Below, one piece after another: positions 13,922-28,200 of a DNA stretch of 64,000 bases (within the stretch, counting starts at the first letter, position 1; each line of letters starts with the position of its first letter). This stretch comes from Haliotis cracherodii (Eukaryota): the NCBI RefSeq assembly GCF_022045235.1, contig NW_027266279.1, positions 2,976,001 through 3,040,000 on the forward strand. The letters are read 5' to 3'. The notes beneath the pieces are model-generated. The model ran no database searches. It was not told the DNA's origin and worked only from the letters and a program-made list of their open reading frames with translations. A program made the translations under genes and the position numbers.

Positions 13922-16227
13922 AATCATCAGTCAAATTAGCTGGATAATATAAATTTGAAATAACAGTGATTAATCTCGAAATAATAACCTTGTATGTTTA
14001 AACGTGTCTGGCATTTAACAGGTCGTTCAATCATAGAACCTTAAGTCACTCCTTAATATAGAATGATTATGTGCAGCCAAGCGAAGACCATGATGCAGCA
14101 CGGGTGGCCCTGTCGTCTAAGTTGCATCCCTTAGTCGGGCCAGAAACATATGGTGGTAGGTTCGAATTCCATATTCGTCCTAATTATGTTTCTTTCTTTG
14201 TGATCACCCTATCCGTCGGTTTCATCAAGGGGTAACTGTCTGAGGCCTGCATCACTTCGGGCTTCCTGTACATCAATCTGACACAGCGTGGTGTAACTGT
14301 CTATCCGTGGGTTTCACTGTCTGAGGCCTGCATCACTTCGGGCTTCCTGTACATCAATCTGACACAGCGTGGTGTAACTGTCTATCCGTGGGTTTCACTG
14401 TCTGAGGCCTGCATCACTTCGGGCTTCCTGTACATCAATCTGACACAGCGTGGTGTTACTGTCTATCCGTGGGTTTCATTGTCTGACGCCTGCATCACTT
14501 CGGGCTTCCTGTACATCAATCTGACACAGCGTGGTGTAACTGTCTATCCGTGGGTTTCACTGTCTGACGCCTGCATCACTTCGGGCTTCCTGTACATCAA
14601 TCTGACACAGCGTGGTGTAACTGTCTATCCGTGGGTTTCACTGTCTGACACAGCGTGGCGTAACTGGTCTGTACAAAGCTGTGTTGAATCAAACTCACTC
14701 ACTCACTTTGTTGATCAGAGACCTGATCGGCTTTTGTGGTCAGTTTGAAGGTATGTCGTCACCTTTTCTAGACTGTTATACTCGCAACATACACCAAATC
14801 ACCTTATCTCGTTATCGGACAAATAGAGTAGGAGTATACGTTCCACTCGGCCATTATCACTTGGAGAGACATGATAACGGCATTCTTTTTTTTTATTGAG
14901 TCCGGAATTACGCTAATCTGTAAGTCCTGGGATAGAGCAGGTGCCCGAGCTGTACTATAGTATATTACCTACCCAGGGTATACAAGTGTTATACAATGGG
15001 GGGTAAGGGGGACGAGATGGGGGACTCTGAACTAAAGGTCCCGTGGCTGTATAACGGACGCGTTGGCCGGACAAGCTTGCATGGCATTCATTACAGGAAG
15101 AGGTCTCACGCGGAAGCCAGGTGAGATGAACAATATGTTATTGACAGTTTTACAATCATCTCAACATGGCCGGTATTTTATTCCACGAGGTTTGCATTGT
15201 CGTTATTGGATATTCCGATTCACTTCCGAAGATATTCGGAAGATTCCGCATACCGATCTTCCGAGGGCTTCCACCTCGTGGAACTCTGGGCGAGAATTAT
15301 TGGGACAAGTACTGTAGATATTAATATAAATATAGGGGGTTGTAGAATTATGAAGCTTTTGAATGTGGCTGAGCGGGACCAGGGTCCAACGAAAGAAGAG
15401 CTGGCGGAGATTGTGATCCGCTAGTCACAATGTCACATAGCTGACTGGGCGTCATTGAAACCAGTTCATCACTGCCCATGCCATGCCACGGGTGGCCTAA
15501 GCTGGTTCTCGGCTCCCTATGCCTATGTTGTGTTATTAGAAACGGGACCAGCTCACTGGTTGCCCTGTCGTCCAAGGGTGTTCTACGCAATGCAGAGTTG
15601 CGTGCCTTTGTCGTGCCAGGAACCTGATCGTTGGTTCGGGTATCAAATTTGCCATGATTATATTTCTAGGTTTGTCAGCACTATGCCCTTTGTGGGTTTC
15701 AACTGAATTGTCGTCGATTAAGATCTGCATCACTTCAGGCTTTCTTTCCACATCAAGCTGACGCGCCGTGATGTGACTGAACTACCGTTCAAAGCGGCGT
15801 TAAACCAAACACCCTTAATCACGCCTCTGTAAGTCACACAAATGTTGAGGGTGTTTATTTATGTTATTAAGAGGCGATGCTATTGTGATGAAATGTAAAT
15901 ACGGTCCCACGGTACCTAGAACAAGCAAACATAACAAATTCACCATAATTTCAAACATTGTTCTTCAAAAGATGTTGTTTGCATTCGGAACTCGGACACC
16001 ACGGACGAGTAAAATGTATCTCGGATTGTTTTCCTGTTATATTTCAATTCATCCCTTCCCGAACACATCGGCCTTATCACAGGTTCAGCCTATGGAGTAT
16101 CACGCTGTGTCTGTCTCCTCAACGCAATTTGTCGCAGATTGGGATAAACTGTTATGCTGTAATTGTGAGGTGAGGTGAGCTGAAATGGGGTTTAACGTCG
16201 CTTCTAAGATTATTGCACTTATATAGC

Positions 16228-16288
<61 letters not shown>

Positions 16289-19200
16289 GCGTGTGTGTGT
16301 GTGTGTGTGATATGGTCCGGACTGATGCCGATTTATAGTGTCAGCACACTGAGATACCATGCCGCAGTTTAACATGAATACCCCACTCAGACACAGGATA
16401 CTGACTCCGATCCGACCAGTCCTTGTTTTAGTCTTCTAATGCCGAGCGTCAGACAGGGTAACAACAAGTTCCTTCTTTTAACGTATTTTTGTATGACGCG
16501 ACCGGGGATCGAACCCCGACGTACCGCTCTCCGGGCGAACGCTCTACCACTAGACCACGGAAGCGGTCTTTGCTATAAATGTGTAGAACTAAGATTGAAA
16601 TGGCTAGTAACGAGGCTTCCAACCTATCGACATTTCGCGGCGTCTTGCTCACTGACTTACCGATCTTAGATGGAAGTCTCCGATCAATGTTAAACCACAA
16701 TAGATATCACTTATGTAATCTGTTTAAGAAAGCCAAACTGATAATTTCTAAAACACCGTGTGTTTCTTACCGAAAATAATTAAATAATCCTATTTGCTAA
16801 TATTTGCTTAGTATAATGGCAGAGTGGATAGAGGGTTAGCTCCTCACACTAAAGAACCAAGTTCAAATCCCGACATGGTTCTATTCTTTGTGTACTGCGA
16901 CGTAGTATTTCTGGAATACACACTAACTGACTGACTCACTGACTGACTCACTTACTCACTTATTCATATCATGCCATAGAGTGAGTAGGGTTGACTCCTT
17001 TTTGCAACATCACGGCCTTCGACCCGGACCGGGGGCACGGGTGGCCCAGTCGCCTAAGGCGCCGCGATTCGCTGTGCAGTTGCGTCCCTTGGGCGTGCCA
17101 GAAACCTATGATTGTGGGTTCGAATCCCGGTTCGCCCCGATTATGTTTCTAAGTTTGTCAGCACCATACCCGTGCTCGTGGGTTTCACCGAAGTGGTAAA
17201 CGTCTGAGACCTGCATCACTTCGGGCTTTCCTCCCACATTAAGCTGACACGCCGCGATATAACTGGAATACTGTTAAAAGCTGTGTTAAACCCAACTCAC
17301 TCACTCACTCACTCACTCACTCGACCCGGACCTTCGGCGAGACGAGAGAGCTGCGTTACCACTTGGCTATCACACCGCTCCATCACCATCGAAGAACGTT
17401 TCCGATTTTCTGAAACTCTTACAGTGTTAAGTAACGGAAACGTTTGTCTTCCTTTGTTAGAAGTATACTTAGGGTATTATAATCAACTAGAAAGGAGTTT
17501 TGTAATTTAAACAGTGGTTAGAAAAAGCAGGGGTAACATTCTGACGTAATGCTCTTTTATCATCTAAAACTGGCTTCCACAGGTGTAAGATTGAAATTGC
17601 ATCACAATGCTTTAGACTTGTGACGCTATCGTCACCATGACGTCACAATCAAATGACATAACTTATTTTAATTTTGGATTATAACTAGAATCTCAACTTC
17701 ATGTCATTTTTTATATCAAACATATCAACACTCGTCGATAAAAGTGAAAACCGCTTGACAAGCCTCAGAGTTTTTTAAAAACTTTTGTCGGCTAGCGTTG
17801 ATATAATTGAGAGTTGAGTAAATGGATGGATGAACTCCAACAGTGCCGGATATTACAAATATCATAATAATGTTACATGTATGTACTTAAAGCAATGAAA
17901 TATTACATTATGCAAATACGTTGGATTGAATTATTTACATTGTTGATATTTCGCAAGTATAGTATAGATTTTCGATTCCATGAATTTCTTTCTTTTAACA
18001 TAATGCTTATGAATTTTGACAACTGTTCTAGCTGTTCTAGCTCCATATCTTGTGCTACCATCTATGGTAACCTTTTATCGAATCATGTTGATATATTTGA
18101 TATAAAAGTACATTCGGGCGAGATTCTCTGTTCACGTTTACCGTTGTCATGGTGATTGGTGCCATTTGAAATACTGACAAATGGATGGAGTCATCAATCC
18201 ATTAAATCGCCACAGCAGATGGTTTGACGGGTCCTGCAGAGAACAAAGATTGGCTGGATACGATCTGGTTATTGCTGCACATGCCTATCGTAGTTATAAA
18301 CACAGGCCTCAGGGCGATGTTGGTATGATATTAACCACTGGAACTATTCTAAACATGTGCATGCACGGGACAGGAATGTTGGACATTCCAAGTGGCTGTA
18401 TACAGATGCAGTGTTACAGTATCGTTGGGAGAGCGGAACTGTGACACGTGAAGGGATATACCTACGTTGGATGTACGTTATGGAGACCCTTCACCTTGTT
18501 TCTCACAGTTCAGATGGGTAATTATTAATTCAGATGCGACCCGTGAAGATCCGGGGTAGAATAGGTCTTCAGCAATCCATGCTTGCCGTAAATAGCGACT
18601 ATGCTTGTCGTAAAAGGCGATTACCGGGATCGGGTGGTCTGGCTCGTTGACTTGGTTGATGCATATCATCATCCAAATTTCGTGGATCGATGTTCATGAT
18701 TCCAATCACTGGATTGTCTGGTCCAGACTCGACTATTTACAGACCGCCGTCATTTAGCTGGAATATTGCTGAGCGCGGATGCAAATAAGTTATTGTATGT
18801 GAGGTCAAAAGAGTCAGTTTACAGAGTTATATAAATTGGTTAGCCTAGTGGTTAAAGTGTTCGCTCGCCATGCCAGAGTTCGATTCCCCTCATGAGCACA
18901 ATGTGTGAAGACTTTCTGTAATATTGCTAAAAGCAGCGTAAAACTATCTCTCTCACTCCATAAATGTAACTGATGAGACATGCGTATTTCCCCGTTTGAT
19001 GACATATACATCCCATGAAGATCGGGTTAGAAATGGTCTTCAGCCATGCTTGTCGAGCGAGGCAAGTAAGCTTGTCGTTGGAGGCGACTAACGGGATCAG
19101 GTGGTCAGACTCGCTGACTTGGTTGATGTATGTCATCGTATCCTAGTTGCGTAAATCTATCTATCTTGTCGGGCGGTAGAAGTACCTTTGTCGCAATACC

Positions 19201-22200
19201 TTTATGACAATGCTGTTGTGATACCATTTGCAAAAGTGACCCGTCAAGATCTGGCTTAGAATAGGTTTTCAGCAACCCATGCTTGTCGTAAGAGGCGACT
19301 AACAGGATTGGGTGGTCAGGCTCACTGACTTGGTCGATGTATGTCATCGTATTTCAATTGGGAAGAGCGATGCTCATGGTATATCAGTCGCTGGATTAAC
19401 TGGTCCAGGCTCGATAATTTACGGACCGGAATTATTCACCCATGATGTATCACCACGCGAGTCAGTGCGAGGGAACATTCATGTTTATATACAGTGTCAA
19501 GATGAGTGGCTCAGATATGAATATTCATGACTGAAGATAGACAGCTGTCACGTGCAGAGAGTAATCCATTACACAGTTGAGATGTCGCACACTCAGCGAT
19601 TCCATACGTAGGCGAACACAGAAGTAACCCATCACGGCTAGCCCGTGACATAATTTTAACATTTACTTGACGTTCCGTAGATCCGTTCCTTAACCCTAAC
19701 AGCTACTACCGCATACAACATTAGTTTCTCTCCAGTTTTCTTTCCGGAAATTCCTTAATCCGGACAATATTTGAGTAAAAGCAAGTGTCCGGAGAAGCGA
19801 GGTTCGACTATATATGGAAAAGGACAGACTGTTAAAGAATCATAGGTCGGAGTGGGTGAAGTGTTCACAGTTTGTTTAGCACAGTTTACCATCTCATGTC
19901 TCGTTAGAACATCCGACCCGTGGACATCCGGGTAAGAATACTATACTTGTCGTTAGAGGATTAACGGGATCGGGTTGTCAGGCTCGCTTACTTGGTTGAT
20001 GCATGTCATGGTATCCCAATTGCGTAGACTGATGCTCGTGATGTCAATCACTGGATTGTCTGATCCAGACTCGATTATTTACAGACCGCCGTTATACATC
20101 TGGAATATTGCTGAGTACGTCGTTTAACAGACAAACATAATTCTTTGCAACTTCATTTCTGTTATTATTCCGGGATCGGGTGGTCAGGCTCGCTGACATG
20201 GTTGATGCATGACATCGATCCAAATTGCGTGGACTGATGCTCGTGATGTCAATCACAGGATTGTCTGATCCAGACTCGATTATTTACAGACCCCCTTCAT
20301 AAAGCAGACATATTGCTGTGCGCGGGATTACACAATAATCACGCAAACAATACAACCATTGTCGTTGGTTGCAGGCTTGTCACTTGAACATGTTTCTCCA
20401 TCAGAAGACTCTCCTTTCAGCGTGCAAGTGCACAGCAGCTTCAGTAGAAATACATGTATGCATAAACTACAACACACTGTAAAGTTCAGGGGCCAAGCTG
20501 TTCGCATGACATTGAATATATGATAAGTTGTTATTTTTAAATAGTATATGAGACAAACCTAAAGCATGGTATATGTCAATCTTACTGTATGTTATTTACA
20601 TGTCCTGTATTGTACTTTAAAACCATCCGCGATGATGACACTTTGCCCTTTTGAATATTTCACATACAATTCTTACAATTTGAATGCAGAGTATTATACG
20701 AGCATGTGTGTCATACTGATTTTACGAAATAAGTGCCAGAATTCCTGAATTTCCCCAGCTAGAGCGAGGGTAATGCACGAATTCTTACACGAGTTTAGTA
20801 AAATCAGTATGACACATGCGAGTGTAATAATTTCTTTTTTCCTATTATTTCTTAATTGTTTTGAGCTCCGATAACGACCGTCGTCTTATAAAACCTTCAG
20901 CTGTGACGTCGTTGCTAGTGTGACGTCATTCCGACCTTACGTCACAATAGGTTCGAATGACGTTAACAATACACTAGTGCGCGTCATATTCGCACTAGTG
21001 AACATACGATTTTTAAGAACTCGGTTATTACTAAACCTAAAAGTAATACATCGAGGATATTCTATGTGTCGAGTGAAATATCATGTTTCTCTCATCGAGT
21101 GACAGGGGATAGGGGATATTTTCACGAGTGGAATATCCTAATTATTATTATAAACTTTTTGTGTAGTTGTCAACCGGAAAATTAAATGATTTCATTACAA
21201 ATGTAGAACACAGAAACGTAAATTATCCCTACCTATTCGCGGGGACGTTTCACCATCTCTTGCAATGGCGACTCTAAAAAAAACAGTGTTTACAAAATTT
21301 AAAAAAATATAAACAAAATTCAAATTGAGTTCAGATTGTTGAATGAAAACAGTGCTGTCCTATATGTCGTACAATTCACGTCGGACAAGTTGCATTCGTA
21401 AAAAAATGGCCCGACTTGCAGGGTCACACGATGCAATGTATGAAAGTGTTTACAAGGAGTTGTACAGTGTGAATGCCTCCCAAGACTTGCTGGATGCGCT
21501 TGGTGGAACTGCGACATCGGTGGCGGAGTGATCTGTCATCCGTCTTGTGTCGAATGCAAACCTATCTATCTCATTCGCAAACCTTTTATTTGAAATATAC
21601 TACTCACTCTTCTGGGACCGTTCTCAGGCCTTATATAGCTGTTCATATACTTGAACGAACAGTCAGGAGTTAACAGGTTAAACAGTAAACTGCGTTGACG
21701 CTGATGGACCGTCTGTCATCTCACATCAGTAAAATGAGCCTAGCTGTACCATCAGAATGTGTGACTTTTCATCCATAGAAAGTCCATTTATAGTGCGCCA
21801 AATTCCATTCATGAATGCTCATGGCCCTACATTATCCTAACCCCGGTCAATGGATCAGTATCCAAATTGCGTATTTCGATGCTCATGGATCACTGGATTG
21901 TCAGGTCCAGGTTCGATTGTTTCCAGACCGACGCCATGCAGCTGGAATATTGCCGAGTGCGGCGTTAAACAACAAACAACAAACATTCTCAAGTCCCCGT
22001 GTTGTAAATGCGGGCCTATGTTATTTGTAGAGTTAACGTCACAAGATGGAATTTGATATCGTTCTTGCTCTAAATTTAACATTTTCCGCGATCGGTTTTA
22101 CCGTCAAGCCTACAATTAACACATAACACTTTTTGAAAATAAAGTAATTCAATTTTCTTCCATTCTACCATGACAAAGTTGAAGACAAATCGTTAGGGTA

Positions 22201-25200
22201 GCGGTATTTGTTTGAGTGTGATGTTTTCGACTTGAGGATATTAAGGAACCAACGATACTCGTCTTTTAACAGATATGTCGCTATAAATACAAGCGAGCAT
22301 ACTCTTGGGCCAGAAGATACACAAGGCAACTTGCCAGTACCAAAAAAGTGAATTTAGACGAAGTAAAGCTTGAATACAAGCATGCTGAGCTTGGAACTTA
22401 AGAGCTCAACTTTGCTCAATCACGTAAACCTTTTGAGGAATTGAGGAACTAATTGTCGTGTAACATTGGCTTAGACCATTTGATTCTGCTGATATTTAAA
22501 AACAAATAATTTGTCATATTTGGACATTGCATCAGGTTTTCCTCACAAACAAAACTTGTTTACGAAAACATAAAAATTGTTTCCTTCTTTCTTAGTAAAG
22601 AATTGTACTGTCTGATGTTCCATCAGAAGAAACCATTGTATCACTGATTTTCAGCATGCATATGTAATAAACCGCGCAAAAGAAAGTATACACCCATGTT
22701 TGGTGGTGGCTTAACATGAAACAAACAAGCAATGGTTATTCGATGGGGATGTATTTGATACGGGTATCATAATTGTGTTAATAGTTGCAGTGTTCCGGTG
22801 CCTGTTATCATCCTAGAAGCGATGTAATTTTTAAGTCCAATTTTTAGGTGTATAAATTCTTTTGCACGGCAAATTAGATCAGCTCTGTTTTTTTCCCCTG
22901 ATATTTGTACAAAGGTATTCAGAAATCATGTCGACGAAAAAGGGGATTAAAAACCCTGATCATTTTAGTGGTACATAAAACTTGAGAATTCGTGGCAATG
23001 TTTATACACCTGTTCTTAATAACAAACTATGGCTTTGGGCAAATATAAGGACGGAGTACAACAAAAGGTTTCCAGCCGGCCAATTCCACAACTGACACTG
23101 TCACACATGCATATGCTGTGACACAAAGATGCAAAGCAAAAACGAAATCTAAATTATGTTGCCATTTTGGACTTTTGAATAGCGCCTGGACAATTTTGGT
23201 CAGCCTAAGAAGCAATCGTTCATTATAAAAGGCAGGGTTAGGCCCGTTCCACATGGCGATCGTATTGTAGCACAAAGACAGTCGTTAGGTCTAAGTTAAA
23301 GTATGTGAGTTGCGATAGTCTTAGCCCTACGATAATTTTGTGAATTCTAAAGGTGGACCGTTGAATGGTATTAAATTCATAAATTTCAACTTTTGACGTG
23401 TTTGAAGCATTTTTCTGTTAAACTCAAATGGACTATGTCGTGGATCGTGTAGGTGTCAGCCTATTCTTATTCAACAGTATAATTCTGAAAACGTTATAAA
23501 TGGCAAGTAATATATAAAATACTAAACTCGCTCGAGTGTAAAACCAATTTTATGAAACTCGTGAATAGCTGTGTCGTTTCATAAAATTGGTATTACACGG
23601 GAGCTCGTTTAGTATTCTGTATTTATCATCCAAAACTGGCTCGCACAAGAGATATCTCTGGGGTTTTATCAAGCGATGAGATATCGCTATAGTGAAATTG
23701 CATCACAATGCTTTACAGACCATTGTGACGTCATCGTTAACCATGACGTCATAATCAAAAGACATCATTAGTCATTTGAATATTGGGAAAATACTAACTT
23801 TATTTTATAGACTCTTTATGCTGCCAGTGCCTGCGTTTATGGATCTGAAAAGTAATATTAAGATGTGTCCATAAAATAACAGGTATTGGCCTCATATAAA
23901 ATATATAATTGTTATATTATATAATAAAGAGACAAATGCACATTCAACAACGGACTTATGCCGGTTTTATAGTGCTATAGAGCTACAATGCAGCAGTTGT
24001 ACTGAATACCCCACTCAGACACATTATACTGACTCTGAGCCGGACAGTCTTTGTTTTATCCCGTTAATGATGAGCACCGCGCAGAGTAACAAGTTCCATC
24101 TTTTAACGTCCGCTCTCCAGGCAGACGCTCCATCCACTTCACGGATGCGGAATAATGAAGCTAGATGCATGATCGACAATGGAAAAAGACCACTGAGATT
24201 ACGTTCCGTACAGAAACGTGAAGGGTGAATTCCACTTTCTAACGACCTGTGAAGCTGATATATTTACCATGTATACATAAGATAAATATGCCAGCAGAAA
24301 CATCACCCAAAGACGTACGGCTGTTAAAGTGTCTGTCTGCATTTATGTGGTATTCTTTCTGGTTGTTAAAGCATGTTTTAATCATGATTGTTATTGCACA
24401 TTTAGGCCATACAAAGAAACTATCTTCACCCTCTTCCAAATATACGAGTGTTGACGAATGTGCTTTGTCTTGCCGCAGAGCAGTATCCGACCTTGGCAAA
24501 TACATTGGAACCTCGGAAACAGACCTCACCATGCAAGAGTATCACATGGCACATGCAAGATGAGAAATGGGTAGCAATGTTATTTACCACGAAGATAATC
24601 TCTCTAGTCCCTTTGGTAGAAAATCAGTGCTTAAAAGGTTTCAACTCGGTTGAGATAGTCATCATAATTTGAAAATATTGTATCATATATGCTGTTTTCA
24701 GACTGGGTTGTAAGTAAAAAAAGCATGATTTGGTCAAACCAATCACAGCAACATCTCAATTTTTGTATGTTGTTTATTACCGCACCCAGATGTTTGTAAA
24801 TAATCGAGGCTAGGTTAGACAAAACAGAGGTTTATGACATAGCACATCTCACGCCGTCGAGTGTACGAGGACACACAGTCGGTCAAGTCACAACCAAATG
24901 GACTTTGGTAGAAAGGGTGTTTTGTCCTTGTATCTAGAGCTAAAACACAAACAAGGGCGATTGGTCCCATGGAATCACATCGTGTTGGCGAACTTGGTGG
25001 GAATAAATATTTGAGCATCCGGCGTTTAGACATAGATTCACGACTGAATTTGAAGATGTTGGCCGGCGTGGTGTTGTTTTACTGCCTGTATCAAAATGTC
25101 GTACACTTCGGTAACATTTGCCACCATTTCTTCAGTCTGTCATTCTTAATTCTCGCTTACTGTTTCAGATTCACAAAGAACAAGCGCTCGACTCTAGAGA

Positions 25201-28200
25201 AATGTCTGATTGTCGTATCCGCCATCTTGCTACTGGCTGCCATTGCCTTCCTCGTCGCCTTTGTCGTATATTACGAGAAGACGGAAGAACTACAGAGTAC
25301 GTTCTCTTATATTGATTCTTTATAGTACTATCATTTATATTCCCCTTGTCGGACATTATTCAAACAGTAAACATTTCTTTACTCGAATTCGAGGACCACG
25401 GCACCGTTCCCAAATCGAACCTAACGCTACAACTTTCGCATCTGGATGTCAAAGTATAGGACTTACGACCGTCGTGACACTAAGATCGCTTTGTGAACCG
25501 GGGTCCAGTTTCCTAGAGCGAACTTATCTTAGCAATGCATCTTCGCGAATCGACTGTCTATGTTAAAGTATGGGACTTTATATCACGCTGCGACTGTTGT
25601 AAGTCAATTTTAAAGTCTGGAAGTGACAATAGTTTCAGTGCCACGACCGCCTTGTGTAACGAGGCCCCGGGGCGATCGAAGATGCACCGAGTTGACCCAA
25701 GTTCGAGACAGCGGTGTCGAATCTAAAGTGATCATGCAGTTTCATCGTCTCAGATGTTGCATCAAGTTAATAGTTCGAATGAACGAGTTTTTTTCTTAGA
25801 ATGCCATTTAGTTTATTTATTTATTTATTTGTTTATTTGTTTGTTGTTTAACGCAGCACTCAGCAACATTCCAGCTATATGACGACGGTCTGTAAATAAT
25901 CGAGTCTGGACCAGACAATCCAGTGATTGATATCATGAGCATCGATCCACGCAATTGGGATCGATGGCATTTATCAACCAAGTCAGCGAGCCTGACCACC
26001 CGATCCCGTTAGTCGCCTTTTACGACAAGCATAGTCGCTTTTAACGGCAAGCATGGGTTGTTGAAGACCTACTCTATCCGGATCTTAACGGGTCGAGAAT
26101 GCCATTTAGGGAAAATCAGAAGATTTAAAGCGTTCATATTGACTCCACCCAAATCGACACATTTATATTAATACATAGGAGGCCATTACATCACATTTAG
26201 GAAATCTCCACAACCTATTGATTACCTCGTCAGTAATCATAACAACCGTTTTCCGACAGAAACCGAGCAAGGGGTATAAGACAGGTCGGTGAGAGTGGCC
26301 TCCCCTTGTTCCAATAAGCCAAAGCTCCTTCCAAGAGCCATTCGCCACCACTCGCCCCTTTCCCTGACCTGCAAGAAGACTCGTCCCCCATCGATGAATG
26401 TTATGTGCGAAAATACGACAAACCAAACAGAAGGCGCGTTTGATTTCGAGTTCTTTGTTAAATAATGATTTTACATATGTCTTTCATCAAAAATATACCA
26501 AAGACACAGTTAAATATGTTCGATCATACTGTATAATTCCGCACATCCCGATGTGCTTTAAATTGCATCTGAAATATATATAATATATGGGGAACTATAT
26601 GTGAACCATTACGCAACGAGTTGACAATTGTTTTAGATATGCCCGTTTGCGCTAAGACGGAACCCAGTCGTAAAAATGGCCTTAAGAGGGGCACAAGTCG
26701 CTATTTAGCTTGTCCCGGAATAACACGAGTTGGTTACGAATGTCCCAGACCCTGACAACTTCGTTACCCTCTCGGTAATCTCCTCACAGCGATAGCCCGT
26801 TCGCAGCGATAGTCGTCTAAGGCGCCGCGATTTGCTGTGCAGAGTTGCGTCCCTTGGACACGCCAGACACAGCCCCTTTAAATCCTTAATATATAAATTA
26901 ACCGTCTTCTGCCTAACAGATGAAATGTTGCTTCAGGATAAACCATAGGATGTATAATTCATTGTTCGTCTTTACTGTCGGAAGTACGTATCACACTGAA
27001 GCTGCAAGAGTCTGATTTGAACATGTATACACGCTATAACATGTCTGTCAATCGACCAGTTGGTTTGTGTGTTTGTTGTTTAACGCCGCACTCAATATTT
27101 CATTTATATGACTTGGGTCTGTGAACAGTAAAGAATGAGCCAGACAATTCATACATTATGAGCATCCTTCTCGACGTGCATCAACCATGCCCTGGTCGTC
27201 TCCTTTTAGTAAAAGCATGTGTTGCCGAAGACAAATTCTAACACTGATGTTCACTTGGCGATTAAAAGAGCGAAAGGTCCTCCGGTCCCCCGTATTGGCC
27301 TGATACAAGCAATGTCTCCTGTGGGAGCCATTGTTGGATAATCAGTCAATTTATCAGCCAAGTATATGATAAATAGAGGATATTGATATTCATACTGTCT
27401 TGTTGAATACTATTATTATCCTTTTGAGTGAATGATAAAATATTCATCTTCCGTCATTACCTCCTCGAAGCATAGAAAGTTCCTCCCAACTTAACACCAA
27501 GGGTGGTGTGACGACTTCAACATGGCGCAATGATACTCGGGAATGAAAAATGTCTGTGCCAGTCCTCGCCACACGCTCGGTGCTTTAGTCATCCATTCCC
27601 TCAAGACAAACAATCAGTTACTCATCGGAGTCTGTTCTAAATACGCGTCCAATGAAATATTTTTTCTAATTAGAGAGTTCATTGATTGAAGTGTTATCAA
27701 TCTCCGAAAACGTTATTTTAATGGGTGATTGTATTGCCTGTAGAAGTTGCCTATCTGGTGACTGCATTCTGGATGAGCGTATCGCCGATGAACTAACATT
27801 AACCCGGACACTACTGAACTCAAGTTACCATTATCGTGACCAGTTTAAGATAATAAAGGCTTTAATAATTACGATCATAATTTGATTGATATATGTAAAC
27901 ATAATAATGTATTCATTTGTAACGGCAGCTTAGGAAATGACTTACATATTGGTACATACACATGCAAAGATGCAAATGTGGTGGACTATGTTTTGTCTAC
28001 TTTTACCTGCCTACCCATGTTTAAATCATTTTAAGTTTTAGATTTCCCTAGTTTGTTTTCAGATGTCCATTGCCCTGCCACCTTATCCTTGTCTAAAACA
28101 AAACAACCTTGCGCAGAAGAGCTCACAGACAATACCAAATATGTTGATACTCCTTTCTCAAATGTTATGAACAACAAACCTAAAAAGTTCGATAGCTCAA

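Noticed and set aside
24249-24960. Alternative first-exon candidates just upstream of the TM exon
   Set aside because: The ATG-donor pairs I could find are phase 0 or 1, not the required phase 2.
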